DNA of 54,784 bases from contig NC_069002.1 of NCBI RefSeq assembly GCF_001194135.2, forward strand, positions 25,776,598-25,831,381, read 5' to 3'. The notes under the pieces were generated by a model. That model was not told the origin of the DNA, did no database searches, and saw only the letters and a program-made list of their open reading frames with translations. The translations under genes were made by a program, and so were the position numbers. This stretch comes from Octopus bimaculoides. Taxonomy: Eukaryota. Below are positions 24,711-38,075 of this stretch, piece by piece. Numbering within the stretch: the first letter of the stretch is position 1; every line of letters starts with the position of its first letter.

Positions 24711-24896
24711 AATGTGTGTGTGTGTGTGTGAATAGAGGGAGAGAGGGAGGGGAGGGAGAAAGGGAGAGAGGGAGGGGAGGGAGAAAGAGAGAGAGAGAGA
24801 GATAAATATAATTATGTTTATGTATTTGTATATGTGAGAGAAAGATCATGTGTATATGTATGCATATGTGTGCATGTGTGTGTGTGTGTGTTTATC

Positions 24897-24927
<31 letters not shown>

Positions 24928-25281
24928 TCATATCTATATCTACACACACCCAACTTGGAACAGATAAAAAGTTTAGATTCACTTCCAAACTGTTAACAAC
25001 AAGAGATTTACTGACAAGCTTTAACAGATAAATTTCTCTCTAACAATATTATTAATGAGTCTGTTTAGTTTCAATCTTGATATTATGCGTCAATTTATGT
25101 TCTGCTTCTATGATAGACAACACACACTGGCACTAGATAACTATATACTATATACACTAGATAACTATATACATTCACAATTATTAACATTACAAAACAC
25201 ACTAATCTTATAATCAGAAGTAAAGCTTGTAATGTGTTGCTATGACATTGCAATGCAGTCAAAGGCAGGTCTCACTGTCTG

Positions 25282-25323
<42 letters not shown>

Positions 25324-25386
25324 AGTCTCTCTGTTTATTTTGTCTGTCTGACTGACTGTTTCTGTCTTTCTGACTGTCTCTCTTTC

Positions 25387-25463
<77 letters not shown>

Positions 25464-26030
25464 GAGGAGTAGATGGAAAGCTGACAACTGATGGGGGGGT
25501 CGTTCTTTATGTTACTTGTCCTGTTTATCATTTGTTTCTCTCGTTGTTTGCGTATCAACTCATTTGTTTTCGTATTTCATGTTGTTTATGGTTTGTGACA
25601 TCCTGTACCCATATATGCATATATATGTGTGTGTATATGTGTGTGTGTGTGTGTATACATATATATATATATATATATATACGCATATATATATATATTA
25701 TATTATTATTATTTTATATATATATATAAATAAATGGAGTTAAACACAGGTGTTATTCAAATTCTTTTACTTCCGACACTTGTTTCAAAGATATCACTGG
25801 TATTATTCCAAAGGAATAAAATGGTGTAAAACAATGCAATCTTCTCTTCAGGAAAATAAAGAAAAAAAACTCGTCAATAAGACATTTTAACAGAATATGA
25901 TGGATATGTAAAGTGATTAACTGAACGCTATTAAGTTTGTTTTAAAAAAATGTCAGAGGATATAGTGTCAAAGGTAGCCTGTAGAAAGAGGAGGGGTAAA
26001 GGAAAGAAAAAAATTAGGGATAGGAATAAA

Positions 26031-26165
26031 CGTAACAGTACAGGGCTTAGTAAATTAATTTGGTATCTAAAAGACCACAATAAGCAATTTAATTTAGATT
26101 GGTTGATTCTCTCAATTTCGTTCCCTTATGATAAGCCTGTTATAGAGCGTGCATACCGATGTAAA
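26031..26165 (+). mobile_element. PLE GIY-YIG endonuclease C-terminal remnant
   Basis: RNSTGLSKLIWYLKDHNKQFNLDWLIL..PY resembles the PLE (N)STELSKYIWxLK..IxWxIL pattern. Confidence 0.55.
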
Positions 26166-26404
26166 CATTGGCAGAAACACACCTTTACTATCATTATATA
26201 TAATTTAACCATTAATTTTCTTCTTACATTTCACATTCACTTTTTCCAAGACTTTAGGGTTTTATTTAATTTGTATATCGTTCTATACTTCTCATTTATT
26301 TGGTTTCTGATGTTTTCTTTCCTTTACCTCAAGCTTTTGGTCCTCACACCACAGAACATTGGTAAACTTCTTCCTTCTTGCTTCTCCTCTGACTAAATTT
26401 ATCT

Positions 26405-26998
26405 ATCTCCGAGCTTCCTTTTTAGCTACATAATATAGTTCCTTGCTACTATCTCCCTTCCAGTCCTTCCAAGTCCATTTCTTTGCTCTGACGGTCCTGT
26501 TAACTACACTGCTACACCATCCTGTCACTTTAGACCTATAAGGGACTTTGTACCAGCCACAAATTTGGTCAGTGGCCCTCATTAAATTGTCCTATAAGAA
26601 CCTCTACTTATCCTCTACATTATGTCACTTTGTCCTTCTCTTTTTTCGTCAAATGCTTCGAGTAAAATGTCTCTAAATCTCCGACTATTCACAGGATTCT
26701 TAAGCTCCCAAACTCTTTCTTTTCAAGACTTCTTAACAATCTTCTTACGCTGAGTCTGAAGTCACTAACGACTAACCTGTTTTGAGGGATGCATTCTTCA
26801 CCTGGAAAGGTCCTCACATTTATAAGCAGTCTTCTTTCCCATTTCTTGATGAGAATGTAGTCAATCTGGATTGTGTGGCCAACAGATTTATAAGTGAATG
26901 AGCGATTGACTGGTTACCTGAAGTTAGTATTGCAGATCATAATGCCATTTACATCATAGAACTCCAGCAGCCTGGTTCCTCCTTCATTACGGGAACTG
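26405..26998 (-). mobile_element. RTE LINE AP-endonuclease C-terminal fragment
   Basis: RNEGGTRLLEFYDVNGIMICNTNFR*..FTYKSVGHTIQIDYILIKK..VRTFPGEECIPQNRLVVSDFRL. Confidence 0.82.
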
Positions 26999-27059
26999 AC
27001 ATATATATGATGGACTCTGAATGTTCAGCTTTTGCTGAATGACCTGCACAAATTATTTG

Positions 27060-27285
27060 TTTATAGGGATCAAATGCATGTGCTGTACTTTAGCTCACCT
27101 GCCTCTCAATCAAAGGGAATGTTAGGTGAACAGGTGCACAGTGTACCAAGCATCAGGTGTTGAAGTGATCGCAGAGCAAGGTGAGATGGAGTGTTTGCTT
27201 AAGAACACTATACACTGCCAGGTCTAGGAATTGAAACCACAATCTCACGATCATAAACGCAATATCCTAACCACTAGGTTATGCA
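27060..27285 (-). mobile_element. Family D SINE
   Basis: Reverse complement similar to 49015-49250. Confidence 0.6.
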
Positions 27286-27340
27286 TCCTTATATGTGTGT
27301 TTCTGTGTGTGTCTGTATGTGTGTGTGTGTGTATGTGTGT

Positions 27341-27393
<53 letters not shown>

Positions 27394-27507
27394 CGAGAGA
27401 GAGAGAGACAGCGAGAGAGAGAGAGACAGCGAGAGAGAGAGAGAGAGTTCCAACAATGAGGAGGGAACAAGGCTGCTCTCTCTCCTCCCCACTGCCATGT
27501 GACCTGT

Positions 27508-27838
27508 GGGATATTTGTGTATAGGCTTACTACATCGAAGCTCAGTAGGATTGAATTTGTTTCACTGGTTTTGGGAAGATGGGATAAAAAGTCGATGTCA
27601 TCCCGAATGAAACTGGGTATGTATGTACAAAGTGGCTTCAAAAGAATGTCGATGAAATTGCTTAGACGGTGAGTAGGGCATACTGGGCCAGCTATAATTG
27701 GTCTAAGTTTTAAATCTTTTGGATGTAGCACTTTTATGTATTCACTTCCTTGTTCCTTTACTCCCTGTTGAATATCTTCTGACTTATGTATTTTGGGTAA
27801 GCCGTAAAAGTTACTGGGTTTTGGTTCGAAGTTGGTGA
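27508..27838 (-). mobile_element. Penelope-like element reverse transcriptase N-terminal fragment
   Basis: Uninterrupted FYGLPKIHK..LRPIIAGPVCPTHRLSNFIDILLKP..IRDDIDFL..SFDVVSLYTNIP; cut by microsatellites on both sides. Confidence 0.92.
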
Positions 27839-27943
27839 TGTATATATATATATATATATTTATATTAATAATAATAATCATATGACAACAAAAGAATGGA
27901 TGAGACCTTGATATTATGTAAAAAGAGGAATTTATCTATATAT

Positions 27944-27944
<1 letters not shown>

Positions 27945-27974
<30 letters not shown>

Positions 27975-28048
27975 CAACAACAACATCACAACTACCATCG
28001 CCACACCACCATCATCACTAGTAGTGTCATGACACACACACATACACA

Positions 28049-28084
<36 letters not shown>

Positions 28085-28460
28085 TATACACCAATGCCAG
28101 CATCACAACCACAACCATCATCACTACTACTACTACCACCACCACCACCATTACAGCAATTGCCTCTACCACCATCACCACCACCACTGCTACGACCATT
28201 GTCACACGTAGTGCCACTAGAATACTACAACTACACCACCACTGCCACCACCACTACCACTACAACAAGCACCACAACAGTATCATCATTATCACCACCA
28301 CCACCATCACAATCACTACCATCATCACAACTATGATAACAACAGCTACCACATCACTATCATCCCTATCAAAAACCACCACCACCACCACCAACACCAT
28401 AAGCTGCCACCACCACAATAACCATCACCATCCCACCATCTCCACAACTACCACCCCTAC
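27945..28460. repeat. Compound (CA)n/(CAC)n/(CAA)n low-complexity tract
   Basis: Direct reading. Confidence 0.9.
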
Positions 28461-28799
28461 CTGTAGTAGTCAAAGGGTACCATTAAAACTATTCCCTGGA
28501 AAATATTAATAGCAATATATCAAAGTAAAGACTAACACCACTCTCGTTTGTGTATATTCTGTGAAATATTACAGATTGCAAAACTTCTACCAATAATGGA
28601 CACATTTTGTGTTGGGGAGGTGGAGGTTTATTTTTTCAGAGTTAATGCTACGCATTTAATACAGTTTGTTGCTCTATTTTATTTCTCTTACTCTCTTTTT
28701 CTTTTTTTTTTTAAATTTACTATTATATTTTTAATGTTTTTTTTTTAAATTTTTGTTTTATTTTGTTCTGTTTTTATAACATCAAGCTCTGGATATACT

Positions 28800-28858
28800 T
28801 ATATACATAGACACACATAGATATATCTCCTATGTACGTATGTATGTATGTATGTATG

Positions 28859-28897
<39 letters not shown>

Positions 28898-30985
28898 TTG
28901 TCTGTCTGTCTGTCTATTTATCTATCAATCTATCTATCTGTTTATCTATCTATCCATCTGTCTATGTGTGTGTATNNNNNNNNNNNNNNNNNNNNNNNNN
29001 NNNNNNNNNNNNNNNNNNNNNNNNNNNNNNNNNNNNNNNNNNNNNNNNNNNNNNNNNNNNNNNNNNNNNNNNNNNNNNNNNNNNNNNNNNNNNNNNNNNN
29101 NNNNNNNNNNNNNNNNNNNNNNNNNNNNNNNNNNNNNNNNNNNNNNNNNNNNNNNNNNNNNNNNNNNNNNNNNNNNNNNNNNNNNNNNNNNNNNNNNNNN
29201 NNNNNNNNNNNNNNNNNNNNNNNNNNNNNNNNNNNNNNNNNNNNNNNNNNNNNNNNNNNNNNNNNNNNNNNNNNNNNNNNNNNNNNNNNNNNNNNNNNNN
29301 NNNNNNNNNNNNNNNNNNNNNNNNNNNNNNNNNNNNNNNNNNNNNNNNNNNNNNNNNNNNNNNNNNNNNNNNNNNNNNNNNNNNNNNNNNNNNNNNNNNN
29401 NNNNNNNNNNNNNNNNNNNNNNNNNNNNNNNNNNNNNNNNNNNNNNNNNNNNNNNNNNNNNNNNNNNNNNNNNNNNNNNNNNNNNNNNNNNNNNNNNNNN
29501 NNNNNNNNNNNNNNNNNNNNNNNNNNNNNNNNNNNNNNNNNNNNNNNNNNNNNNNNNNNNNNNNNNATATATATATATATATATACATATCTGTATATAT
29601 ATGTGTATGCATGTACATATATATATATAATCTATATACATATTTATATATATATATGTACATATATATATATATGTATATGTATGCATATATATATGCG
29701 TGTGTATATATATGTGTGTGTATGTGTGTATGTTTGTATAAATATGTATATATATATATTTGTGTGTATGGGNNNNNNNNNNCTATCTATCTATCTATCT
29801 ATCTATTTGTCTGTCTGTCTGTCTATTTATCTATCAATCTATCTATCTGTTTATCTATCTATCCATCTGTCTATGTGTGTGTATGTCTCTTTATGTATAT
29901 GTGTATATCTGTTTATGTATATACTTTACTATGTGTGGGTGTATATCGTTAAATATACATGATATATATATATATGCATAATTAATACATATATGTATAT
30001 TTATATAGTATATATTTATATAAATATACATGTATGTATATGTGTATATATATAAACATATCTGTGTAGATATCTATATAAATATATATATATCTGTATG
30101 TATATACACATACTTATATTTATATGCATATATATCAGCATGCATGTTAGCATGTATACCTACAGATATGTATATATATGTATACAAATATATGTGTGTG
30201 TGTGTGTGTATATATATCTATAGATATAGATACATATTTACATATATATANNNNNNNNNNNNNNNNNNNNNNNNNNNNNNNNNNNNNNNNNNNNNNNNNN
30301 NNNNNNNNNNNNNNNNNNNNNNNNNNNNNNNNNNNNNNNNNNNNNNNNNNNNNNNNNNNNNNNNNNNNNNNNNNNNNNNNNNNNNNNNNNNNNNNNNNNN
30401 NNNNNNNNNNNNNNNNNNNNNNNNNNNNNNNNNNNNNNNNNNNNNNNNNNNNNNNNNNNNNNNNNNNNNNNNNNNNNNNNNNNNNNNNNNNNNNNNNNNN
30501 NNNNNNNNNNNNNNNNNNNNNNNNNNNNNNNNNNNNNNNNNNNNNNNNNNNNNNNNNNNNNNNNNNNNNNNNNNNNNNNNNNNNNNNNNNNNNNNNNNNN
30601 NNNNNNNNNNNNNNNNNNNNNNNNNNNNNNNNNNNNNNNNNNNNNNNNNNNNNNNNNNNNNNNNNNNNNNNNNNNNNNNNNNNNNNNNNNNNNNNNNNNN
30701 NNNNNNNNNNNNNNNNNNNNNNNNNNNNNNNNNNNNNNNNNNNNNNNNNNNNNNNNNNNNNNNNNNNNNNNNNNNNNNNNNNNNNNNNNNNNNNNNNNNN
30801 NNNNNNNNNNNNNNNNNNNNNNNNNNNNNNNNNNNNNNNNNNNNNNNNNNNNNNNNNNNNNNNNNNNNNNNNNNNNNNNNNNNNNNNNNNNNNNNNNNNN
30901 NNNNNNNNNNNNNNNNNNNNNNNNNNNNNNNNNNNNNNNNNNNNNNNNNNNNNNNNNNNNNNNNNNNNNNNNNNNNNNNNNNNNN

Positions 30986-31049
<64 letters not shown>

Positions 31050-31169
31050 TATATATATATGCATATATATGTATATATGTGTGTGTGTATATATACATGT
31101 ATATATTTGCATACATACACACACACACATCATATATATAGACATATATGTCTATATATAATACACATA

Positions 31170-31225
<56 letters not shown>

Positions 31226-31345
31226 CATATGTAAGCATATATATGTATTTGTATGTTATCTATATGTACATATATATGTATATATCATATATACATACAC
31301 ACACAGAGACACACACACGTACACACACACACGTACACACACACA

Positions 31346-31390
<45 letters not shown>

Positions 31391-31430
31391 GTATATGTGT
31401 ATGTGTATGTATCTATACACTCACACGTAT
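28800..31430. repeat. (TA)/(TATC)/(TG)/(CA) microsatellite field with three N gaps
   Basis: Direct reading. Confidence 0.95.
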
Positions 31431-31504
31431 ATTCTCAGTGAGACACAGATCTTATTAAAAATATATAAAACCAGTTAATTTGATTTCATTATTTGGAAAC
31501 AAGT

Positions 31505-31543
<39 letters not shown>

Positions 31544-31701
31544 TAATGGTATTTTGTGACCAGTGAGACCAAGAATACTAAACATTGCAACACAGAGCAG
31601 TGATTTACTGTGATGTACCGTGATTTATAGTGAGTTACAGTGACTTACTGCAATTTACAGTCAGGAAATGGCATAACATATATGAAACAATATTACACAG
31701 G

Positions 31702-32720
31702 TTAGTCGAAGGCATTCGATAGGGTTGACTATTGGTATCTGGTGGTGGTCCTCCAGGTGGTCAGACTGGGCCCGACTTTCCATGGCTGGATCCATGCTAT
31801 GTATAGCAGCATTGAATCAGTTGTCCAGGTGAATGATTTCTTCTCGAAGCTGTTCGCAATTGAGCATTTAGTTCACCAGGGTTGCCCCCTGTCGTTGCTT
31901 TTGTATGTATTGGCTCTTGAACCACTGCTGCAGAGGTTGGAGGCTGCGGGTGGCAACCCGCGTGATCTATGTTATGGTAGAGGAGCGACGGCGTACACGG
32001 ATGATGTCACCATCATCATGTCTGATGAAGGGCAGCTACCTCGTGAGAAGACGCCATCGAAAGATATAAAGTGGTGGCAGGGGCAAAAGTTAACCAGGAT
32101 AAATCAATCAGCTTGTAACTCGACGCCTGGAGAGGCAAATCAAGGCCTCCCAACAGCATTGTAGGACGTTGAATGGAGGGCGTGGTTAAACTGCTCGGAG
32201 ACTGGATTGGACCAAATCTCCAGATGGAGAAAAACCGGAGCGAGGTCACAGGCAAGGTGACGGCCATAACCCAAACCTGGTCTGGGAGGGCGGAGGTTGT
32301 ACAGGTGTTTATAGCATCTGTGATAACCTACCGCTTAAGCGTTGTGCCTTGGTCTGGTGTGTGGCTGATCAAGTTGGAATGGCCCCTATTCTGCTTTTTG
32401 TGGAAGGGGAAACCCCCACTAGTGAAACACTCCATCTGCTGCCAGAAACCATTAAAGGGTGGGTTAGGGATACCGTGGCTGATGACGTGCAAATAAGCGC
32501 TGAGGCTGAGATGTCTCTGGTTCTACCTGGAGAGTGAACAGGTGTGGTCACCGCACGCTAAGTTCCTTTTTCTGCAATTAACATCCCTGTGGGACATAGG
32601 CTCGTGGAACAAGTGAAGACCAAGAATGGGTGAATGACAGAGGAAGTGCAGACAAGCACTTACTCTGTTCTCCTGGACAAGTGGTGCTGGCAGTGGGGCT
32701 ACCACTGTGGGTTTCTATAG
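31702..32720 (+). mobile_element. Tx1/L1-clade LINE RT fragment
   Basis: SKAFDRVDYWYL, VHQGCPLSLLLYVLALEPLL, AYTDDVTII, VKLLGDWIGP, LFCFLWKGKPPLV..KGGLGIP; frameshifts. Confidence 0.88.
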
Positions 32721-32799
32721 TGGGTTGGGAGAGCACAAGTGCTGTTTCTTAATACTCTTAAGTATAATTGTATCTATATAATTATATATATATATTTAT

Positions 32800-32965
32800 G
32801 ATGAGCTTTTTTTCAGTTTCTGTCTTTCGAATCCACTCACAAGGCTTTGGTCATCTTGAGGCTAAATGAGAGCACACTTGCCCAAAGAGCCATGCAGTGG
32901 TATTGGACCCAGCATCAAGTGGTTAGTAAGCAAATTTCATATCACCCATCCACATCTGTGCCTAG
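32800..32965 (-). mobile_element. Family A SINE head
   Basis: aatccactcacaaggctttgg..cacttgcccaa. Confidence 0.7.
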
Positions 32966-33305
32966 GAATAAATGTGCATGTGGCTAATATGATCTGAACT
33001 GCACAATGACAGAAAAATGAAGATGAGATGGTCATAACTGGAAGGTCTTTGATAATTTGTGAATTGGCATGGATTGGGTCTCACAGTAAACTACACATTA
33101 TCATACAGTGATGCAATGTTATGAGTGAGGGATTGTCCATATGTTGGATTGGTAGAACACCTTGTAGGGTTAGCTCTAGCTCTCAGCATTCTGAGTTCAA
33201 ACCTCACCAAGGCACACTTGCCCTTTGTCTTTTCAAGTAATACTGGATTTACCCATTGTAATGGCAGACAGAAGACTTGCATCAAATCTAGGGGTCCTCC
33301 AACCT

Positions 33306-33341
<36 letters not shown>

Positions 33342-34779
33342 CAAAATAAGCAACAAGGATATTCAAGATTAATGCAGTACGATCGTTTCATGTGACTCCA
33401 TTTATTTAAACAATATATACATACATATATATACACACACATATATACACACACATATATGTATATGTATATATATATATGGATATATGTATGTATGTGT
33501 GAATGTCTGTAGATGTTTGTATGTATATGTACATACATATATAAATAAGTGTGTGTGTATTGTTTATATATATACATATATATAGCTCTATTTGAGAAGG
33601 TGAGGATTTGGGAAGGCTCTCACAAATGAAATAACTTTATTGTGTGCTCTGATGTGCTTTTAGGGTTGATAAATAAAGTAATTAGTTGAGAGTAAGGCAT
33701 TGGTGCTATAGTTACCATGTTGGACAAAATAGCTTGATGGTTCTTTTCTGGCTCTCTGTATTCTGACAGGGCTACATGCAACAGCATTGGGACCAAACTT
33801 TATTGGCACCACCTGTGACATTACTGGTACTAAAGTGTATTAGCGCTTGCCTTTCTTTGAATATTCCACACTACACTACAGTGCCATACCAAAATGTACC
33901 TCAACATAGTTCAAATAGTGGAATGTTTTATGCCATGTAGAAGAACACTTGTATTCGATTTTGGAAGATTGTTCTTCTGAAAGAATAAAATATGGTTTTA
34001 ACATTCACAGAGCCATCATATTCCTTGAAAAGATGATCATCCAAAACGTAGGAGGTTTCTTCTTCCTAGAAGAAAGCATAATTCACTTTCTACCAATGCT
34101 GACATAGACTACCGTTAGCCCTTTTCTGAATTCTATTATTTTACATCACCACAGCACAGCCATGCAGCACCAAATTAACCATTTCACCCTACGACACTGC
34201 ACTACACCGACAGAACTATCTTGCCCCATCTTGCCATATCACACAACATCACCCCACACCAATCTTCACTGGAGATTTTCTAACACTATCATTAACCATT
34301 TCAATGGTACCTCTGAACTTTTAAAATAAATTTACTCCAAATGAAATTCTTCAAATATTTCTAAATTCCAGTAAATTTATCAGATTTGATGGAGTGGTCA
34401 TGGACAGAAAGAAAAAGAGATGCTAAAGTATTAGAATGTTATCATGATAGATTATTCTTTCAATATAAGAGATATCTTAGAATATTCTACTGCTATATTC
34501 CTTACAGAATAATCTAAATCGATGCTGACAGTTTGTATCTAATTCTTAATCAGAGCTAACCAAAACTCTGTCTCAGACTTGTGTGTTCCTGAAACTAACT
34601 GCTTATCTCAGTTAATATATTTAATCTGTTAAAATATCCAAGGAGAAAGCTGACCTCTGTGTCGCGTTTCATGGCTCTGGTGTTGTATCTCTGGTTTCCA
34701 ACCTCAACACAAGTCTCTTCAATAACCGTATTTGATAACCAAGCTTAGAGTCTTCCGAAAGTGAGCTGACCAGTTAAGT

Positions 34780-34935
34780 AGGAATGGCTGTGCGGTTAAA
34801 GAGCTCTCTTTTTGATCTCATAGCTCTGGGTTCAGTCCCATTGCATGGTACCTTAGGCAAGTGTTTTCTTTTCTAGCCCTGGGCTGACCAATGCTTTGTG
34901 AGTGGATTTGGCAGATGGAAACTGTGGAGGCCTAT
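34780..34935 (+). mobile_element. Family A SINE head (tail beyond the gap at 35570-35735)
   Basis: ggaatggctgtgcggttaa..gggttcagtccc..gtgagtggatttgg. Confidence 0.75.
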
Positions 34936-35405
34936 TACATACATATANNNNNNNNNNNNNNNNNNNNNNNNNNNNNNNNNNNNNNNNNNNNNNNNNNNNN
35001 NNNNNNNNNNNNNNNNNNNNNNNNNNNNNNNNNNNNNNNNNNNNNNNNNNNNNNNNNNNNNNNNNNNNNNNNNNNNNNNNNNNNNNNNNNNNNNNNNNNN
35101 NNNNNNNNNNNNNNNNNNNNNNNNNNNNNNNNNNNNNNNNNNNNNNNNNNNNNNNNNNNNNNNNNNNNNNNNNNNNNNNNNNNNNNNNNNNNNNNNNNNN
35201 NNNNNNNNNNNNNNNNNNNNNNNNNNNNNNNNNNNNNNNNNNNNNNNNNNNNNNNNNNNNNNNNNNNNNNNNNNNNNNNNNNNNNNNNNNNNNNNNNNNN
35301 NNNNNNNNNNNNNNNNNNNNNNNNNNNNNNNNNNNNNNNNNNNNNAAATTAATTATTAATTTATTAATAAATTAATAAATTGATAATCCTTTAACCTTTT
35401 ATTTG

Positions 35406-35439
<34 letters not shown>

Positions 35440-36536
35440 TATATATACACACACACACATATATATATATATACACACACACATACATACACATATACAC
35501 ACATACACACACACTCACATTATATATATATAAAACACAATTATACATGTGTGTATGTATTTGTGTTGCCACTCATCATTTGACAGCTGGTGTTGGTTTC
35601 TTTACATCCCCATTCTGCAAAAAGAGACTGATAGAATAAGAACCAGACTAATGCGGTTGATTTGTTCACCCAAACCCTTCAAGATGGTACCCAACAGCAT
35701 GGCCATGCTCCAATTACTGAGACAATTAAAAGCAAGTTATTAGTCTAACAACCTATAAACCATAAGTTCAAATCACATCCACAGAAGATTGTTTTATTCC
35801 TTTTAATCCGACCATTACTTTTGTCAAGAATTCCTTCATTCTTAGAAATCATTGCTGGTTTCATAGCCCAGGCTTCAACCCCATAAAGGAAAATGTTCTG
35901 TACTCATGCTCCAGAGAAAGCTATCCTCGTTAACTTTGAAATACGGGATTGCCTGCTCTACTCTAATTACTCAAGGCTGGGGAGGTGTTGTTGTTGACCA
36001 CTGCTATCGTGATGAACACCATGCTATATCAGACGCTATATCTTTGCAGACTTCCTAATAGACGTTGAAGAGCACTCAAATACATTAAGTATTTAGCAGA
36101 GATAACATGAAATTGAAGATCTGCTGAAGTTAATGAGAAACAGATGTTCTGGGTGCGGCACTGTGAAAAGCATCTTGATTGTGAACACTTGGAGAAAAAG
36201 AGGAAAAAATTAAATATTAATCCTGAAGATCCTGTAACACTTACAGGGATTGGAATTCAACAGAAGCACTCTGGAATCATGAACAGTTGAGAGACCAGGA
36301 ACTCTGTGGTTCCGGTAATATAGTTTCAAAACCATGGTTTCAAACAGTCATCACAACTGTCTGATGATCAGTTGTTTGAAATTCTGAGCAAGAGTTTGGG
36401 AAGTCTTTTCAGCTTCAATAAAACTCCTATTTTACTCTTACTTTCGTATCTGAGTATTAATTTCTCCACCTTGTTTTGTGTCTGTGTGCTCACATGTGTA
36501 CATATGAATATATATACATATATACATATCTATCTA

Positions 36537-36598
<62 letters not shown>

Positions 36599-36599
36599 A

Positions 36600-36646
<47 letters not shown>

Positions 36647-36647
36647 A

Positions 36648-36707
<60 letters not shown>

Positions 36708-36741
36708 ATCNNNNNNNNNNCTATCTATCTATCTATATCTA

Positions 36742-36772
<31 letters not shown>

Positions 36773-37404
36773 ATATATAGGGCAAATAATTTATTCTTTG
36801 GAATAAATAGACACACTGGAATGTCTACTGGATGATGTATGTTGTTTTGTATCGTCTCCATTTTCTTATTTGTTGTATAAATTAAGGGTAAACCACTTTT
36901 TACCCTCGCCCATATATTACACTCAATTGCGAGATTGCCACGCAATAACCAGCATTTGGGTATGAGTCACTCAGTACACTACCAACAGTATATTGGATAG
37001 GTACTATCCCTTAGTTGGTTGGTTTCCCAACCTCTAACTCTCACAGAAATATATATTTATATAAATGAGTAACAAAGATGTACAGGTGCCAATTCTTTAC
37101 GGCTGTTTCAGATACAAACATGCCTTCACAGTCTTGATATTCCATATTCAATTAATATTGTTTGAGTGTTTGGATTATAGCGACCTAATAAGGTGCCTCA
37201 GTTTAAGTACCTAATTCAACGGAATCTCAATTATATTTTATATATGTATATTCTTTTTTCTTTTACTTGTTTCAGTCATTTGACTGTAGCCATGCTGGAG
37301 CACCGCCTTTATATTTATATGTATATACAAGCAAAGTGGCTAGTTAAAAAATTTCTATCATAAATGAAAGTAGTAACTATACCGAGAAGTAATGTTTGTC
37401 ACCA

Positions 37405-38010
37405 CTTCAATATGGCTGTTCCACATGAATCAACGTTACTACCATTTTTAACCCCAGAGGGAGCCTCCTCCCGTTGGTTATCAATGCAATCTGCACTTAG
37501 TATATATTGCAAACAGGGGAGTGGACCCCAACAATCTTCCAGCAGATGACAGGATTCCCAGACTGTACGGTTTCAAGCTGTTTGCACCCATCATCAGTGG
37601 TGAACCCCTGTCTGCTAGAAATACCTGTAATTCACTCCAGCTTGCAATATATAGAAAACCAAGTGTAGTAGGAGAGCCACTACTTCCATCTCTTACTGAG
37701 ATTTCCTAACTAACTACTTTGCTTGTTGCAAGATCGGTGACTGATCGTTACTTGGATTTCTATATATTGTGAGCTGGAGTATATTACTGCTATGTCTAGC
37801 AGACAGATCTTCCCCACTGACGATGGGCACAAATAGTCCAAAATTGTACTGTTTGGTGATCCCAATAACTGCTAGAAGACAGTAGGGGTTTGTGACCCCT
37901 GATTGCAATATATGTCGGGTACAGATTGCACTGATAACCAGCTGGAGGAGACTCCTCCTGGGGTTAAAAAATGGTAGTAATGTCAATTCTATGGAACAGC
38001 CACATTGATG
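37405..38010. repeat. ~600-bp foldback (~260-bp arms, 85-bp spacer), PLE-terminus-like, older family
   Basis: 37407-37664 is the reverse complement of 37750-38008 at roughly 80% identity by eye. Confidence 0.88.
37554..37604 (-). ncRNA. Type I hammerhead motif in the left arm
   Basis: cca-CUGAUGA-ugggugcaaacagcuu-GAA-ACCGUACAGU-C-ugg; GUC triplet; stems weakened by mutation. Confidence 0.55.
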
Positions 38011-38037
38011 CAGCAATAAACATTACTCCTATATATT

Positions 38038-38073
<36 letters not shown>

Positions 38074-38075
<2 letters not shown>

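Noticed and set aside
28832-31478. Long ORFs of 230-480 aa (also near 22.6, 35, 41, 48, 50 and 52 kb)
   Set aside because: Open only because they run through N gaps.
36350-36390. CTGATGA..GAAA as a hammerhead
   Set aside because: No stem II between the core halves and no stem III/NUH with a matching stem I. The same applies to CTGATGA at about 4170 (-), 32023, 38462 and 43897.
35760-36400. Coding-looking unique sequence
   Set aside because: All frames are interrupted and I recognise no domain; cannot be classified without a search.
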